Source: a virus
Taxonomy: Duplodnaviria; Caudoviricetes
Length of the DNA: 39,291 nt
Strand: one strand, 5' to 3'
IMG/VR virus record: IMGVR_UViG_3300005713_000009
Location: 1 to 39,291 of that record
Positions within the stretch are counted from its first letter, which is position 1, and each line of letters opens with the position of its first letter. The notes below the pieces were generated by a model. It saw only the letters and a list, made by a program, of their open reading frames with translations. It made no database searches and was not told the origin of the DNA. This document shows positions 16,724 through 25,437 of this stretch, one piece after another. A program made the position numbers and the translations under genes.

Positions 16724-16846
16724 TTGAGTGGCGGAACTGGAATACGCAGGCGGGCGATTTATCGCAACGTCAAGTCGGGTGATTAAATCCGGCTGCCTTC
16801 CGATGGGCGGGGAAACCAATAGGGGTTCGAGTCCCCTCTCAGCGAG
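16724..16846 (+). ncRNA. tRNA-like RNA (Leu/Ser-type D arm, canonical T arm, anticodon loop replaced by two hairpins)
   Basis: D arm TGGCGGAACTGGAATACGC; stem GGCGG/CTGCC; T arm AGGGG-TTCGAGT-CCCCT; short acceptor TTGAG/CTCAG; extended -10 TGATAGAAT at 16711-16719. Confidence 0.7.
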
Positions 16847-16859
16847 CATCGGACATTTT

Positions 16860-17225
16860 CTATCCGAGCGATGTGCGCACACGCGGGCCGAAGATAATGA
16901 CGTCGCTAAAAACCATAGTCGAAACATTGCTCGCATCGAAGACTTCCAGATCGAATTTATACTCGACATCCGCCAGGGCGTTTGCCGTCTCAGTCTTTGT
17001 AAAAGTGAAGGTCATAATGGCCGGGGAGCCGCTGCCGCCCTGCTGAGTAATCTGCCCGTCCGCCGATAAGGTCGTCGTGATCTGCTTCGAGAAGAGCGCG
17101 CCGGCGTCCGAATCCTCCGGCTTGCGCTTGGCCGTGAACCTGGCGCGAGGAATCGCCCTCGAGGTCGTAATCGTGAATTTCAACCCCAGATCATTGCCCC
17201 GAAATATTCCAGTTATTTTCGCCAT
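16860..17225 (-). CDS. BppU-N-like baseplate/tail accessory protein
   Basis: RGND..LKFTI...ARFTAKR...KQIT...YKFDLEV pattern. Confidence 0.65.
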   Translation of the reverse strand: MAKITGIFRGNDLGLKFTITTSRAIPRARFTAKRKPEDSDAGALFSKQITTTLSADGQITQQGGSGSPAIMTFTFTKTETANALADVEYKFDLEVFDASNVSTMVFSDVIIFGPRVRTSLG

Positions 17226-17381
17226 TTAGCACTCCGGCGCCGCCGCACTGATGTCAATCGGGTCCCATTTCGCCGTAAGCAGGAAGCAGAGCATGAATTG
17301 AGTGTTGAGCAAAACGTATGTCGTTTCGCGCCCGTTCCATTCGGCGCCATTCCACTGAAAGCCGTTCCATCCTTCATTCAT
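17226..17381 (-). CDS. Small virion-associated peptide with WNG repeats (51 aa, not in the ORF track)
   Basis: MNEGWNGFQWNGAEWNGRE...; ATGA overlap with the upstream stop, and its own stop abuts the next start. Confidence 0.55.
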   Translation of the reverse strand: MNEGWNGFQWNGAEWNGRETTYVLLNTQFMLCFLLTAKWDPIDISAAAPEC

Positions 17382-18445
17382 CTCAACCTCTCAATCGAAG
17401 CGCCGACGAGCTGCACGCTATTGCCGGCCGCCGCAGTCCCCCACTGGGCCGTCACATCGAGGGTCTGCGACACGGTAAAATCAACGCCGGTGAGATTGTT
17501 GCCTCTGAAATTGGTGAGCGTCACGATTCCGGTCAGGGCGGGAGAAATAGCGCCGATCATCTCGACGCGAACGCTCCCCGCCGCGCCGACGACATAGACG
17601 AATAAATATGTATCAATTACAAATGAGCCGTTTGAGTTATTGGGAGCGGTAATCGCCGTGCTGTCGCCGACGACTGTAGTTCCAAACTTAATTCGGAATT
17701 GAATGGTCGGGGTTCCGGTGGTTTGGAAAGTTCCCTCAATGCGCAGCCTATATATGCTGCCTGCCGCCGTCATTCCCGCCTCTATTGTCCGCGTTGATCC
17801 TGGCGATACCGATGCCCCGGTGAATAGAGACGTTTCCGCTGTGCTGTTGGCGACGGCCGTGCCGAGACTAGTATTGCTATAGAGGCACGTCACTACGGGA
17901 AATTCGCCTGAGCTGAGCGCCTGCAGTGTCGTCCCGCTGGCCACCTTCAGCGGGTACTTTACGAGTACAAGTCCCGGCTCGGCATTACCCGTTCCGCGTC
18001 CTCCTGCCATCCGGAAATTATTCCCGGCCTGATTCGTTCCGCTCACGTCGAGGGGGCCGAGCGGCGTGCCATAGCCGATTTTCTGTTCGATGGCGAGCAG
18101 CAGATCAACGAGCGCCGTATGATGCCGGGCGACGGGGCGCATTACGACCGTGGCGCCTGCGGAGAATGCGCTCGCCGTCGTGCCGTATTGGCCGCGGAGG
18201 ACACCCGTCAGATCGTTGCCGCTCTTTCCCGTATAAGTGATTATCTCGATCAGCGTTGGCGAGGCCGGATTATCAATAATCGTGGCTATGCCGGAGGTCG
18301 TGAATGCGGTCGCCGACGTGAGTGAGATGGTCGTTGAGCCTGAGGTAATGCCTGAGGCGAGCGTAGTGATTGCGTTATTCGCCGCCCGGATTAGAGTATC
18401 AGCGTCATCGAGCGAGGCCGGAAAATTGATTACCCCTACAGCCAT
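17378..18445 (-). CDS. Tail fibre / receptor-binding-like structural protein
   Basis: INFPASLD N-terminus, EIITYTGKSGNDLTGVLRG domain, Thr/Gly-rich jelly-roll-like C-terminus. Confidence 0.65.
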   Translation of the reverse strand: MAVGVINFPASLDDADTLIRAANNAITTLASGITSGSTTISLTSATAFTTSGIATIIDNPASPTLIEIITYTGKSGNDLTGVLRGQYGTTASAFSAGATVVMRPVARHHTALVDLLLAIEQKIGYGTPLGPLDVSGTNQAGNNFRMAGGRGTGNAEPGLVLVKYPLKVASGTTLQALSSGEFPVVTCLYSNTSLGTAVANSTAETSLFTGASVSPGSTRTIEAGMTAAGSIYRLRIEGTFQTTGTPTIQFRIKFGTTVVGDSTAITAPNNSNGSFVIDTYLFVYVVGAAGSVRVEMIGAISPALTGIVTLTNFRGNNLTGVDFTVSQTLDVTAQWGTAAAGNSVQLVGASIERLR

Positions 18446-18449
18446 TTAT

Positions 18450-18710
18450 TCACCATTTATTGAGCGGGCATCTGACATCGAGTATTCGCCATTTCGTTCT
18501 CAGATCAGATAGAAACCATTGAGGGCAGCGGCAGGCAGAGCAATAAATGCCGGATTGCGTCTCGATATGTTCTGGGCAGTCGAGGCATTCGGCCTTGCGC
18601 AGCGTATAGGTCCGCAAGCTGACCTGGCCGCGCCGGAGCGACCAGATCGCGCGCAGGAACAATCGAGCTTTATCCGCAGCATTTCGTATCCGCGACAAGA
18701 GCCTTTTCAT
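18450..18710 (-). CDS. Small Cys-rich protein (R...CxxC...CxxCxC...CP..KW)
   Basis: Conserved-looking Cys pattern; sits inside the operon. Confidence 0.65.
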   Translation of the reverse strand: MKRLLSRIRNAADKARLFLRAIWSLRRGQVSLRTYTLRKAECLDCPEHIETQSGIYCSACRCPQWFLSDLRTKWRILDVRCPLNKW

Positions 18711-18957
18711 AATTCTCGCCTAGAATCTCGATCGCCTGCGCTTGCGTGAATATCTTCCCATTGGGCAATGTGCTCTCATCCCCGACGAGAATCGCCGCGC
18801 GGCGAAGCAGGTAATAGACGCGCTTCGATTCATCGTCGAAGCCTTCCACTTCCCCGGTGAAATCGAAGACGCGCTCGGCGGGGTCTGCCTGCCCTGCCTG
18901 CTGCTGCTCTGGCTCGGAGATTTCTTCCAGTTCTGTTGGTCTCATTCTCTTAGTCAT
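18670..18957 (-). CDS. Hypothetical protein
   Basis: Overlaps the tail tube stop codon and the next gene. Confidence 0.6.
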   Translation of the reverse strand: MTKRMRPTELEEISEPEQQQAGQADPAERVFDFTGEVEGFDDESKRVYYLLRRAAILVGDESTLPNGKIFTQAQAIEILGENYEKALVADTKCCG

Positions 18958-20368
18958 AGTTCGAAGTATCCGTGTTTACGACCTCGATCGTGAGCGCGCT
19001 ATTCGAGGTCGTATCGAAAAACGGCTCGATCGTCAGTTGCAGCGCGGCCTCGCCTTCGACTTCAGTTTCGCTGAGGTCTGAGACTCGGGCTTTCGGCATG
19101 ATCATCGCCAGGCTATGCCGGAACGAACTCGCAATAATTGGCCCATTCGCGCGGAATGTGACGTCGGTGAGCTGATCATTCGTCATATAGGTGAACCAAT
19201 CGGGGATAGTATCGTCCATCAGGATTGTGACCTGCGCGACCGGACCGCGGGCCATATGCTTCATCTTTCGCACATGAGATGGCGTCGTCGTGAGCGCGCC
19301 GTCTGTGACGGTGATGGTCGGATCGCCCGCGCATCGGTCGTTGAGGCGCGTGTTGTTGCCGTTCTCCATCGCCATCGACATGATCGTGCAGCCCGAGCCG
19401 GTAAGCTGCTGAAGCCCGTTCTGATCAGTCCAGAAAAATTCCGTCAAATTTCCATCGAAGCAAGGCAGAGTCAGGGCCGTCGTCGGGAGCGTCTGCGCGC
19501 CCGTGGTTGTGTTGGCCGAGGTCGGCGTCGCAGTGATGCCGGTGCTCGTATCATTGTCTAAGGCCACATTCATTGTGGCGTCATTCGCCGCCGCTTTTAC
19601 CGCGGTCAGAGCGATCGCCGTGCTCGTGCCTGAAATAGTGAAAAAGGCGCCGGTCACGACATCGGCGGCGAGCGCGGCCCGGGCGCTGATCGCCCAGGTC
19701 GCGGGCGGATCGGAAGAGCTGACGGCAAATCGCACGACGCGGGGCGATCCTGGCATGCCCGCCGCCGTGACGGTGGCCTTCCCAAATCCGGCGCCGGTCA
19801 CTGTCCCGGTCGCTGTCGCGGTTTCGACCTGCTTGACGTCAATTCCGTTCGGAGTCAGGAATCTGCCCGAGCCGATCAGATCGGATGAGTATCGCGGGAC
19901 GTCATTCCGGGTCTGCTCCATCCTGAAGCGATCGCAGACAAAATCGGCGAATCTGTAATCCGCGCCGCCGAGAATCGAAATGACCGAGGTGAGGGGCAAT
20001 TGCCGCGTGATGAGCGCATCGAGCATCACCGCCTTGTGCTTCCATGCCGCCGTTCCACCCTGCTGAGTGTCCACCACGGCGCCGCCGACGTTGCGCAGTG
20101 CGAGCCGGCCCGCATAGGTCGAATTGACTTCGTCCGAGATCGTGATCGCGGGATGCCTGATAAACTCCGCGCACTGCTTCGTGGCGAACTCATGGGAGTT
20201 GCCGGGGCGCCCGGCGTCGTTTCGATAATTGATCTTCGGCAGGATGAATGCGGCGGGCTCGAATACGGTCTTCAGGTAATCAGTGCCCAAAGTGTAATCG
20301 CCGCCCATCGTCAATTGAGGCCGCTTGCTGATATATATCCCGACTTCCCTGACTAAACGATTGCCCAT
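18950..20368 (-). CDS. Major tail (tube) protein with an inserted Thr/Ala-rich domain
   Basis: GAGG SD; position after the neck genes; tube-like termini (IEVVNTDTSNY). Confidence 0.75.
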   Translation of the reverse strand: MGNRLVREVGIYISKRPQLTMGGDYTLGTDYLKTVFEPAAFILPKINYRNDAGRPGNSHEFATKQCAEFIRHPAITISDEVNSTYAGRLALRNVGGAVVDTQQGGTAAWKHKAVMLDALITRQLPLTSVISILGGADYRFADFVCDRFRMEQTRNDVPRYSSDLIGSGRFLTPNGIDVKQVETATATGTVTGAGFGKATVTAAGMPGSPRVVRFAVSSSDPPATWAISARAALAADVVTGAFFTISGTSTAIALTAVKAAANDATMNVALDNDTSTGITATPTSANTTTGAQTLPTTALTLPCFDGNLTEFFWTDQNGLQQLTGSGCTIMSMAMENGNNTRLNDRCAGDPTITVTDGALTTTPSHVRKMKHMARGPVAQVTILMDDTIPDWFTYMTNDQLTDVTFRANGPIIASSFRHSLAMIMPKARVSDLSETEVEGEAALQLTIEPFFDTTSNSALTIEVVNTDTSNYD

Positions 20369-20381
20369 CTTTCTTACCTCT

Positions 20382-20858
20382 TCAAATCTGCTCGACGACG
20401 AGTCGCCCCGTCGCGTAGTGCAAAAGCTCGCCGCCTAAGACCGCCAGATCGAGCTTGAATTGCGGCTCTCCGTCTTCTCTCACGCGCCTGAGCTCGAGCG
20501 GCAGGCTCGAGGCGATCACGAACGCCTGAGAGATCGCATCGAGCTCGGCGTTGAAGACGACATCGCTGCTGCTCGCATTCGTGCTCGTCTCGTCGTAATA
20601 GCGGAATCCCCAAATCGCATAAGTGAATATCCGCCTGACGCATTCCGAATTCCTGCGAATCCCTTCGCTGTTGACCCGCGTCACGATGTAGCCATGAACC
20701 TTGTTCGCGTCCGGCCCGCTCGAGGGTTTCAGGACGCCCGGCCATTGGTTCGGGTCATGCCCGAGGACCCACCACGGAAAGATCACGGCGTTCGGCGCGG
20801 CGGCAGCAAGTACCGTTTTGATCGCGTCTCTGATTTGCAATTCCGTGAAGACCGGCAT
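20382..20858 (-). CDS. Putative tail terminator / completion protein
   Basis: QIRDAIKTVL N-terminus; position before the tail tube gene. Confidence 0.6.
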   Translation of the reverse strand: MPVFTELQIRDAIKTVLAAAAPNAVIFPWWVLGHDPNQWPGVLKPSSGPDANKVHGYIVTRVNSEGIRRNSECVRRIFTYAIWGFRYYDETSTNASSSDVVFNAELDAISQAFVIASSLPLELRRVREDGEPQFKLDLAVLGGELLHYATGRLVVEQI

Positions 20859-20866
20859 CTATTCCC

Positions 20867-21034
20867 CTACTCATCGCCTTCATTGCCGAGGCCGTCTACT
20901 GCATCAATCAGCGTATCGAGCAATTCGCCTCCGCAGCAGCCAGGATCGCCATCGAACTCATCATAAGCATCAAGAAATGCTCGCGCCGCATCGGCCACGG
21001 CTTTAACGTTCTTTGTCTCTTGCTCGACCGTCAT
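20867..21034 (-). CDS. Small acidic hypothetical protein (55 aa, not in the ORF track)
   Basis: MTVEQETKNVKAVADAARAFLDAYDEF...; fills the intergenic gap exactly. Confidence 0.55.
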   Translation of the reverse strand: MTVEQETKNVKAVADAARAFLDAYDEFDGDPGCCGGELLDTLIDAVDGLGNEGDE

Positions 21035-21427
21035 CTATTCCCTCGAGCTTTGAAGAATCCCGCCCCTCTCGAATCTCTCGATCACGCCCTCGATTGCGGG
21101 CTCGACGTAGGGCCTCGCGGCCATCTTCGATGTGCCGAACTCGAGCGCTTCGGCATATTCGGCCGGGATCGTGATCTCGGCCTCAGTGTCCGAGATGATT
21201 CTCGACTGAATCGAATTGATCAGATGACCCGTATCTACCGCCGGCGCTTCGCCCGGCGCGCTCGCCGTATGAGTGCGGCTCCCTCGAGGGTATTGCCTGC
21301 CGTGCTTTGGTTGAGTCATCGAGAGTTTTATCTCGGCTTCGATTCCGAATGCGATCTCTTTGACGATTCGCGCGAGCTCTGTCTTATCATTGCCCGTGAC
21401 CTGCACTTTGACCGTAAAATCACTCAT
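21035..21427 (-). CDS. HK97 gp10-like neck/tail component
   Basis: SAPGEAPAVDTGHLINSI...YAEALEFGTSKMAARPY signature. Confidence 0.85.
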   Translation of the reverse strand: MSDFTVKVQVTGNDKTELARIVKEIAFGIEAEIKLSMTQPKHGRQYPRGSRTHTASAPGEAPAVDTGHLINSIQSRIISDTEAEITIPAEYAEALEFGTSKMAARPYVEPAIEGVIERFERGGILQSSRE

Positions 21428-21783
21428 CCCGCCGCCCCTTTCTGCGGAGCGAGCCGCAGGATATAGCCCGCGCCGAGTTGCTGTTGCGGCAGGCATTTGA
21501 CGATCGCGTATCGCGTCGTCGAGCTCCCGATTGTGATCACGGCGACGCCTGCGACCTTGAGTTGCGTGGGAGTAATTGAAGCGTCCCCCGCGATAATGGC
21601 AGTCACGCCCGAGCCGTCTATCTCGGCGCCCGCTTTGCGCTCGCGGACGAATACGAAGCCTTCGGTCAGCGTAGTGATTAAGACCTCACCCGCTGTCGGC
21701 GAGACGCTATAAAACGCGATCGCCGCGCCCACATAGAGCGCGTTCGTGATCGAGTTCAAGATCGCTTTTGTCAGAAGCGCCAT
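21424..21783 (-). CDS. Putative head-closure protein
   Basis: Size and position between the adaptor and gp10-like genes. Confidence 0.5.
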   Translation of the reverse strand: MALLTKAILNSITNALYVGAAIAFYSVSPTAGEVLITTLTEGFVFVRERKAGAEIDGSGVTAIIAGDASITPTQLKVAGVAVITIGSSTTRYAIVKCLPQQQLGAGYILRLAPQKGAAG

Positions 21784-21786
21784 CTG

Positions 21787-21996
21787 TTATTGGTCTCTCA
21801 GCCGTTCGTACTTCTCGCGGCCGTCAAAAGAGTTGTGCACGAGCATTGCGACCCCATTGGTCGTTTCTACCTTCGGGCCGCACTCGCACATCTCATCGCT
21901 GATATGAGGCTTCTTATCCTTTTCCGGCACGACCTCTATAGCGACGATGCGCCCCGTTACTCGATTTCGATATGTGTCCCGCCGCCACATCATCAC
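21787..21996 (-). CDS. Small His/Cys protein (H....CxCxP...HNSFDGRE)
   Basis: Coupled to the upstream stop; metal-binding-like motif. Confidence 0.55.
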   Translation of the reverse strand: MMMWRRDTYRNRVTGRIVAIEVVPEKDKKPHISDEMCECGPKVETTNGVAMLVHNSFDGREKYERLRDQ

Positions 21997-22526
21997 CCCC
22001 TCATCAGCTCATTTCCCGCGACGAGCCCCGAGATCAGCGCTCGAGCGCGAGAATCATCAACCGTAGCGACCGCGCCCTGTCCGGCGAATTTCACGTTGAG
22101 CCCGTCAACCGTGAATGACTCGATCGCGCCGGCGCTCGCGCCCCCGCCCCCGCCGCTCAAGAGCACGAGCGCGAGCTCCGCTTGAGCGTCCTTGACGGGC
22201 TGCGGGATCTCATCGCTTCGATAATGCTCTCCACAGTAATAGCCATAGCCGTAACCCCATCCATAGCCCGGCCCCACTCCGTCAACCTTTGCGACGCCGA
22301 TTCGCGGCCAGGCGAGCCGCTGAATCGAATTGACCCGAGAGCCGAGCCAGTTCTCATCCTGCAGGCGGGCCGCCGCCGAAAGAAGCGCCCGCTGTTTGTC
22401 CGCCGTAATTGCCGCCGTCCACTTCGTCACATTGAGTTGATCGTCGAAATAGGAATCGGCCGCCGCGACATCGATGTATGAGTTCGCATTGGCCGCGCCT
22501 ATTGTTGTAATGATTGTGCTCGGCAT
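21993..22526 (-). CDS. Head-tail adaptor (DnaT-like phage family)
   Basis: ANANSY.DVAAADSYF, W.GSR...QRLAWPR and IP.PVK.AQ.ELA signature. Confidence 0.8.
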   Translation of the reverse strand: MPSTIITTIGAANANSYIDVAAADSYFDDQLNVTKWTAAITADKQRALLSAAARLQDENWLGSRVNSIQRLAWPRIGVAKVDGVGPGYGWGYGYGYYCGEHYRSDEIPQPVKDAQAELALVLLSGGGGGASAGAIESFTVDGLNVKFAGQGAVATVDDSRARALISGLVAGNELMRG

Positions 22527-22852
22527 TATCCAATCGTGAATCCGGTCATAGTGACGGCGCCGATCTGCGTCGCCGTCCCGGAGGCGGCGAGCGATAATTC
22601 GGCGAGCGAATTGACCGAGAGCTTGAGCGGTCTTTCGAAGACGATATCCCGCTGATTGTGTACGTGAAAATTGCCGATGATCGTCGCGCCGTCTTTGAGC
22701 GTCATCAGTTTGCCCGCGACCGCCGCACTAAAACTGCCGGAAATTGACAAAATGCAGTGCTGCTTGCCTGCTTCAGCCGCCCGCGTGACAGTCGCCGCGG
22801 CGTTGTCTGCGGTGGTTGTAATTGACCATTCGGCAAAGTCTCGGATGAGCAT
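22526..22852 (-). CDS. Small beta-rich structural protein (possible head decoration)
   Basis: Coupled ORF downstream of the capsid gene. Confidence 0.55.
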   Translation of the reverse strand: MLIRDFAEWSITTTADNAAATVTRAAEAGKQHCILSISGSFSAAVAGKLMTLKDGATIIGNFHVHNQRDIVFERPLKLSVNSLAELSLAASGTATQIGAVTMTGFTIG

Positions 22853-22854
22853 CG

Positions 22855-23379
22855 TTACACTCCGGCGAGCTTCGCCAAACTGCGATGAAAGCCCGCATCA
22901 TTCGAGGCGCCCTCGGCCCGCGCGCTCGCGATGTGGGAGAGCGCCGCGCCGAGCTCGTTCTCGACCTGCTGAAGCTCGGCCGCTCTTGCGGCGAGCTCCT
23001 TTTTGAATTCGGCCTCGCGCTCCGCGAGCGCTTTCCGCAAAGCATCGCGCCGAGTCTCCGCTTCATTGAGGCGCTCGAGATTCGCCGCGTCTTCGGCGTT
23101 CGCGAGCTCATGCCGCGCATTCGTTTCGGCGAGCGAGGCCGCGAGGAATAAGCCCGGCAGTTCGACCTTGCGCGCCGTGAATCGCCCGAGCCCTTCCACG
23201 TCGCCGTTTTGAATCGCCGTCCGGATGCTGCCATCTATCTCGGCGAGCTCCGCCTCGAGCTCGCGCCGTTCTTGCCGTCGCGCATCGTGCCGGGTCCCGA
23301 GCCCCTCGGGTGTCCACTCTGTAGGCGATTTGACGGGCGCCTTATCTTCGGCGCCCGCCTGATCGTTTCTTTTTGCCAT
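22855..23379 (-). CDS. Coiled-coil hypothetical protein
   Basis: GAGGG SD; heptad-rich sequence. Confidence 0.7.
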   Translation of the reverse strand: MAKRNDQAGAEDKAPVKSPTEWTPEGLGTRHDARRQERRELEAELAEIDGSIRTAIQNGDVEGLGRFTARKVELPGLFLAASLAETNARHELANAEDAANLERLNEAETRRDALRKALAEREAEFKKELAARAAELQQVENELGAALSHIASARAEGASNDAGFHRSLAKLAGV

Positions 23380-23422
23380 AGTCCCTCATTAATCGAGCCG
23401 CGTTGCCTGCCTGCTGCTGCAA

Positions 23423-24574
23423 TTAGCCGAGCAGCAGAGCGGTGTGCTCGCTCTTGATGCCCTTGACGCCCCAGGAAGCCGACACTTCGATAAATTCGGC
23501 GTGGTATCCGAGATACATCGCAATGTCGAAAGTAATGCCCGAGATAGGGTCTGAGATTTGCATCCGGTCAACCGCCATGTCTCTTCCGCCCGGTAAATAT
23601 GGGCCTCTCGCGAGCAGAATGAGCGATGAGCGATGGAAGGCCATATTGAGAGCGGCGACGTTTCCGACTGTGAGCGCGGTCGCTGAGGCGGGGATCGCTA
23701 CTCTCAAGCCCGGTTTTGCGAGCACGATCGTGCCGGGCGCCGAGACTCCTGTCTCTATCACATAGATATTCGGGTCGCCCGCGAAGGTCACGCGATCGCC
23801 GGCGAGGATCGTACCCGTGCCCGTGATGATCGGAATCGAGGTCGTGCCTATGGCAAAGCCCGCGGCCGTCGTCGTATAGGCTGAGCCAGTGCCCTTCGCC
23901 GGCGTCTTGATGCCGGCAGATTGGCGAATCGAGAAGTTGTGAAGGTCGCGCAGTTCGCCGCGTCTGAGCGTCACATCCGTCCCCGCTTCGCTCACCTTCG
24001 TGAGCTGCGTATGCTTACCCAGGTTGACTCCGGCGCTCGTATTGATGACGAGTTGCCGGCCGAATTCGGGCGCGCCGTTGTCGTCGAGAATCTTTTTCAA
24101 CTGCGCGCTGTCGCCGAGATCGGCGCCGCCGAATGGAGCAGTGCCCGCGGTTCCGAAAGCTCTCGAGGCGTTGATATATAATCCGCCGAGATCGGATTCC
24201 ATTTCATTCACAAGCGTTCTGATCGCCTGCGTGGTCTGATCCTTGAGAATGTTATTGATTCCCGGCCCGTTCTGATCAACTGATTGCTGCTCTTCACCTG
24301 ACCATGGGAGGGGCACGGCCCTCATTTTCGTGATCGCCATTTCGACGAAGGTGATGGGCACGCTATTCGGAGTGGGCGGCGTCATCGCCGGGACGATGTC
24401 TTGCGCCGGGACCTGAGGCGTGATCGTGACGCGCACGGGCTGATTGAGCGCGGCGCGAGCTGAAGAGGCGTCAATAGTGACGGCATTAATCAATCCGACA
24501 AGCTCGCGCGAGACTTCATCTCGCGCGGCGTAGAAAGTAGGGATTAGCCCTGTCAACGTATTCGGCAACGGCAT
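23423..24574 (-). CDS. Major capsid protein (P22 coat-like, HK97 fold)
   Basis: VSRELVGLI, LDDNGAP, NMAFHRS..L.AR and WGVK.IK.EH..LLLG motifs; follows the scaffold gene. Confidence 0.88.
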   Translation of the reverse strand: MPLPNTLTGLIPTFYAARDEVSRELVGLINAVTIDASSARAALNQPVRVTITPQVPAQDIVPAMTPPTPNSVPITFVEMAITKMRAVPLPWSGEEQQSVDQNGPGINNILKDQTTQAIRTLVNEMESDLGGLYINASRAFGTAGTAPFGGADLGDSAQLKKILDDNGAPEFGRQLVINTSAGVNLGKHTQLTKVSEAGTDVTLRRGELRDLHNFSIRQSAGIKTPAKGTGSAYTTTAAGFAIGTTSIPIITGTGTILAGDRVTFAGDPNIYVIETGVSAPGTIVLAKPGLRVAIPASATALTVGNVAALNMAFHRSSLILLARGPYLPGGRDMAVDRMQISDPISGITFDIAMYLGYHAEFIEVSASWGVKGIKSEHTALLLG

Positions 24575-24613
24575 TGCTACGTCTCCAAAGTCCCTACTTT
24601 ATGAAGCGGGACT

Positions 24614-25270
24614 TCAATCAATGAGTCGAGCAGTCCCTTTGGCGTGATCAGCCATAAACGCATCCTTTTGCGCCTGAGTCATTGCCTCGAATGACTCGCG
24701 GGTTAGCGTGCGCTGTCCTGGGCTGCCTTTGCCGCCGTTCTGAGCGCCGCTGCCTGCCGCTTTGGAAGCCTCGAACGCCCATGGGAGCTCTTCTCTCAAG
24801 TAAACTTCGAAAGCCCGCTCGGGCTTGATATTCGTCGGGTTTCCGTTTTTGTCTCTGAAGACGAGAGTCTTGTCTTCGAGATCGAAACGGTTTTGAGCGC
24901 GAAGCAAGGTCATTACAGCGTCGAGCCGATCGCCCATCACCCCGTATTTCGCGGCGAGTCCTCGAACCGGGTCCCAAATCTCGTGCTCGCGATTTGCCAT
25001 CTCGAGCGCCGCGATGCGGTCATCTTTTTCTTTGAGCTGTTTATCAATGTCCTCGCTCGTGCTCTTGCTCTTTTGATCAATCGTCTTCTGTTTCTCTTCG
25101 AGCTGTTTTTTCTCGTCGAGAAGTTTTTTATTCCTGTCGACTAAAGGCTTCGCCTTTATCTCGGCATATCTCTCGACGTCGAGAATGTGCTTTCCATCCT
25201 TTTCGACGTATGCGCTTCTGATCTCTTCCTCGACGGTCGTGAGATCGGTAACTTCGTGTGCAACGGCCAT
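24614..25270 (-). CDS. Capsid scaffolding protein
   Basis: YVEKDGKHILDV N-terminus, coiled coil, GSGA..G linker and TRESFEAM C-terminus. Confidence 0.8.
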   Translation of the reverse strand: MAVAHEVTDLTTVEEEIRSAYVEKDGKHILDVERYAEIKAKPLVDRNKKLLDEKKQLEEKQKTIDQKSKSTSEDIDKQLKEKDDRIAALEMANREHEIWDPVRGLAAKYGVMGDRLDAVMTLLRAQNRFDLEDKTLVFRDKNGNPTNIKPERAFEVYLREELPWAFEASKAAGSGAQNGGKGSPGQRTLTRESFEAMTQAQKDAFMADHAKGTARLID

Positions 25271-25402
25271 GTGATTTTTCCTCAGCCCAACTTTGGTGAA
25301 TCACCTATGGGTTGTTGCCGGCCCAACCGGCAAAGGCGTTGATAAAATTGCCATCGGCCCAACCGATAGCGTTATGCTGCCGACTCAATCAGCAGCGAAA
25401 AC

Positions 25403-25430
25403 ACGATATATCAAGGGAAATATTTATTTT
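25403..25430 (-). promoter_or_regulatory. Late promoter motif (scaffold/capsid operon)
   Basis: AAAATAAAT-N13-TATCGT. Confidence 0.6.
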
Positions 25431-25437
25431 CCCCGGG

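Noticed and set aside
16724-16846. Functional canonical tRNA
   Set aside because: It has no 7-nt anticodon loop, only a 5-bp acceptor stem and no CCA; it is reported as a tRNA-like ncRNA instead.
16670-16969. 100-aa N-terminal extension of ORF 15926..16969
   Set aside because: It overlaps the upstream gene and the tRNA-like RNA; the promoter motif points to ATG 16669.
8629-18445. Diversity-generating retroelement or invertible tail-fibre cassette
   Set aside because: I saw no reverse transcriptase, TR/VR repeat pair, invertase or inverted crossover sites.
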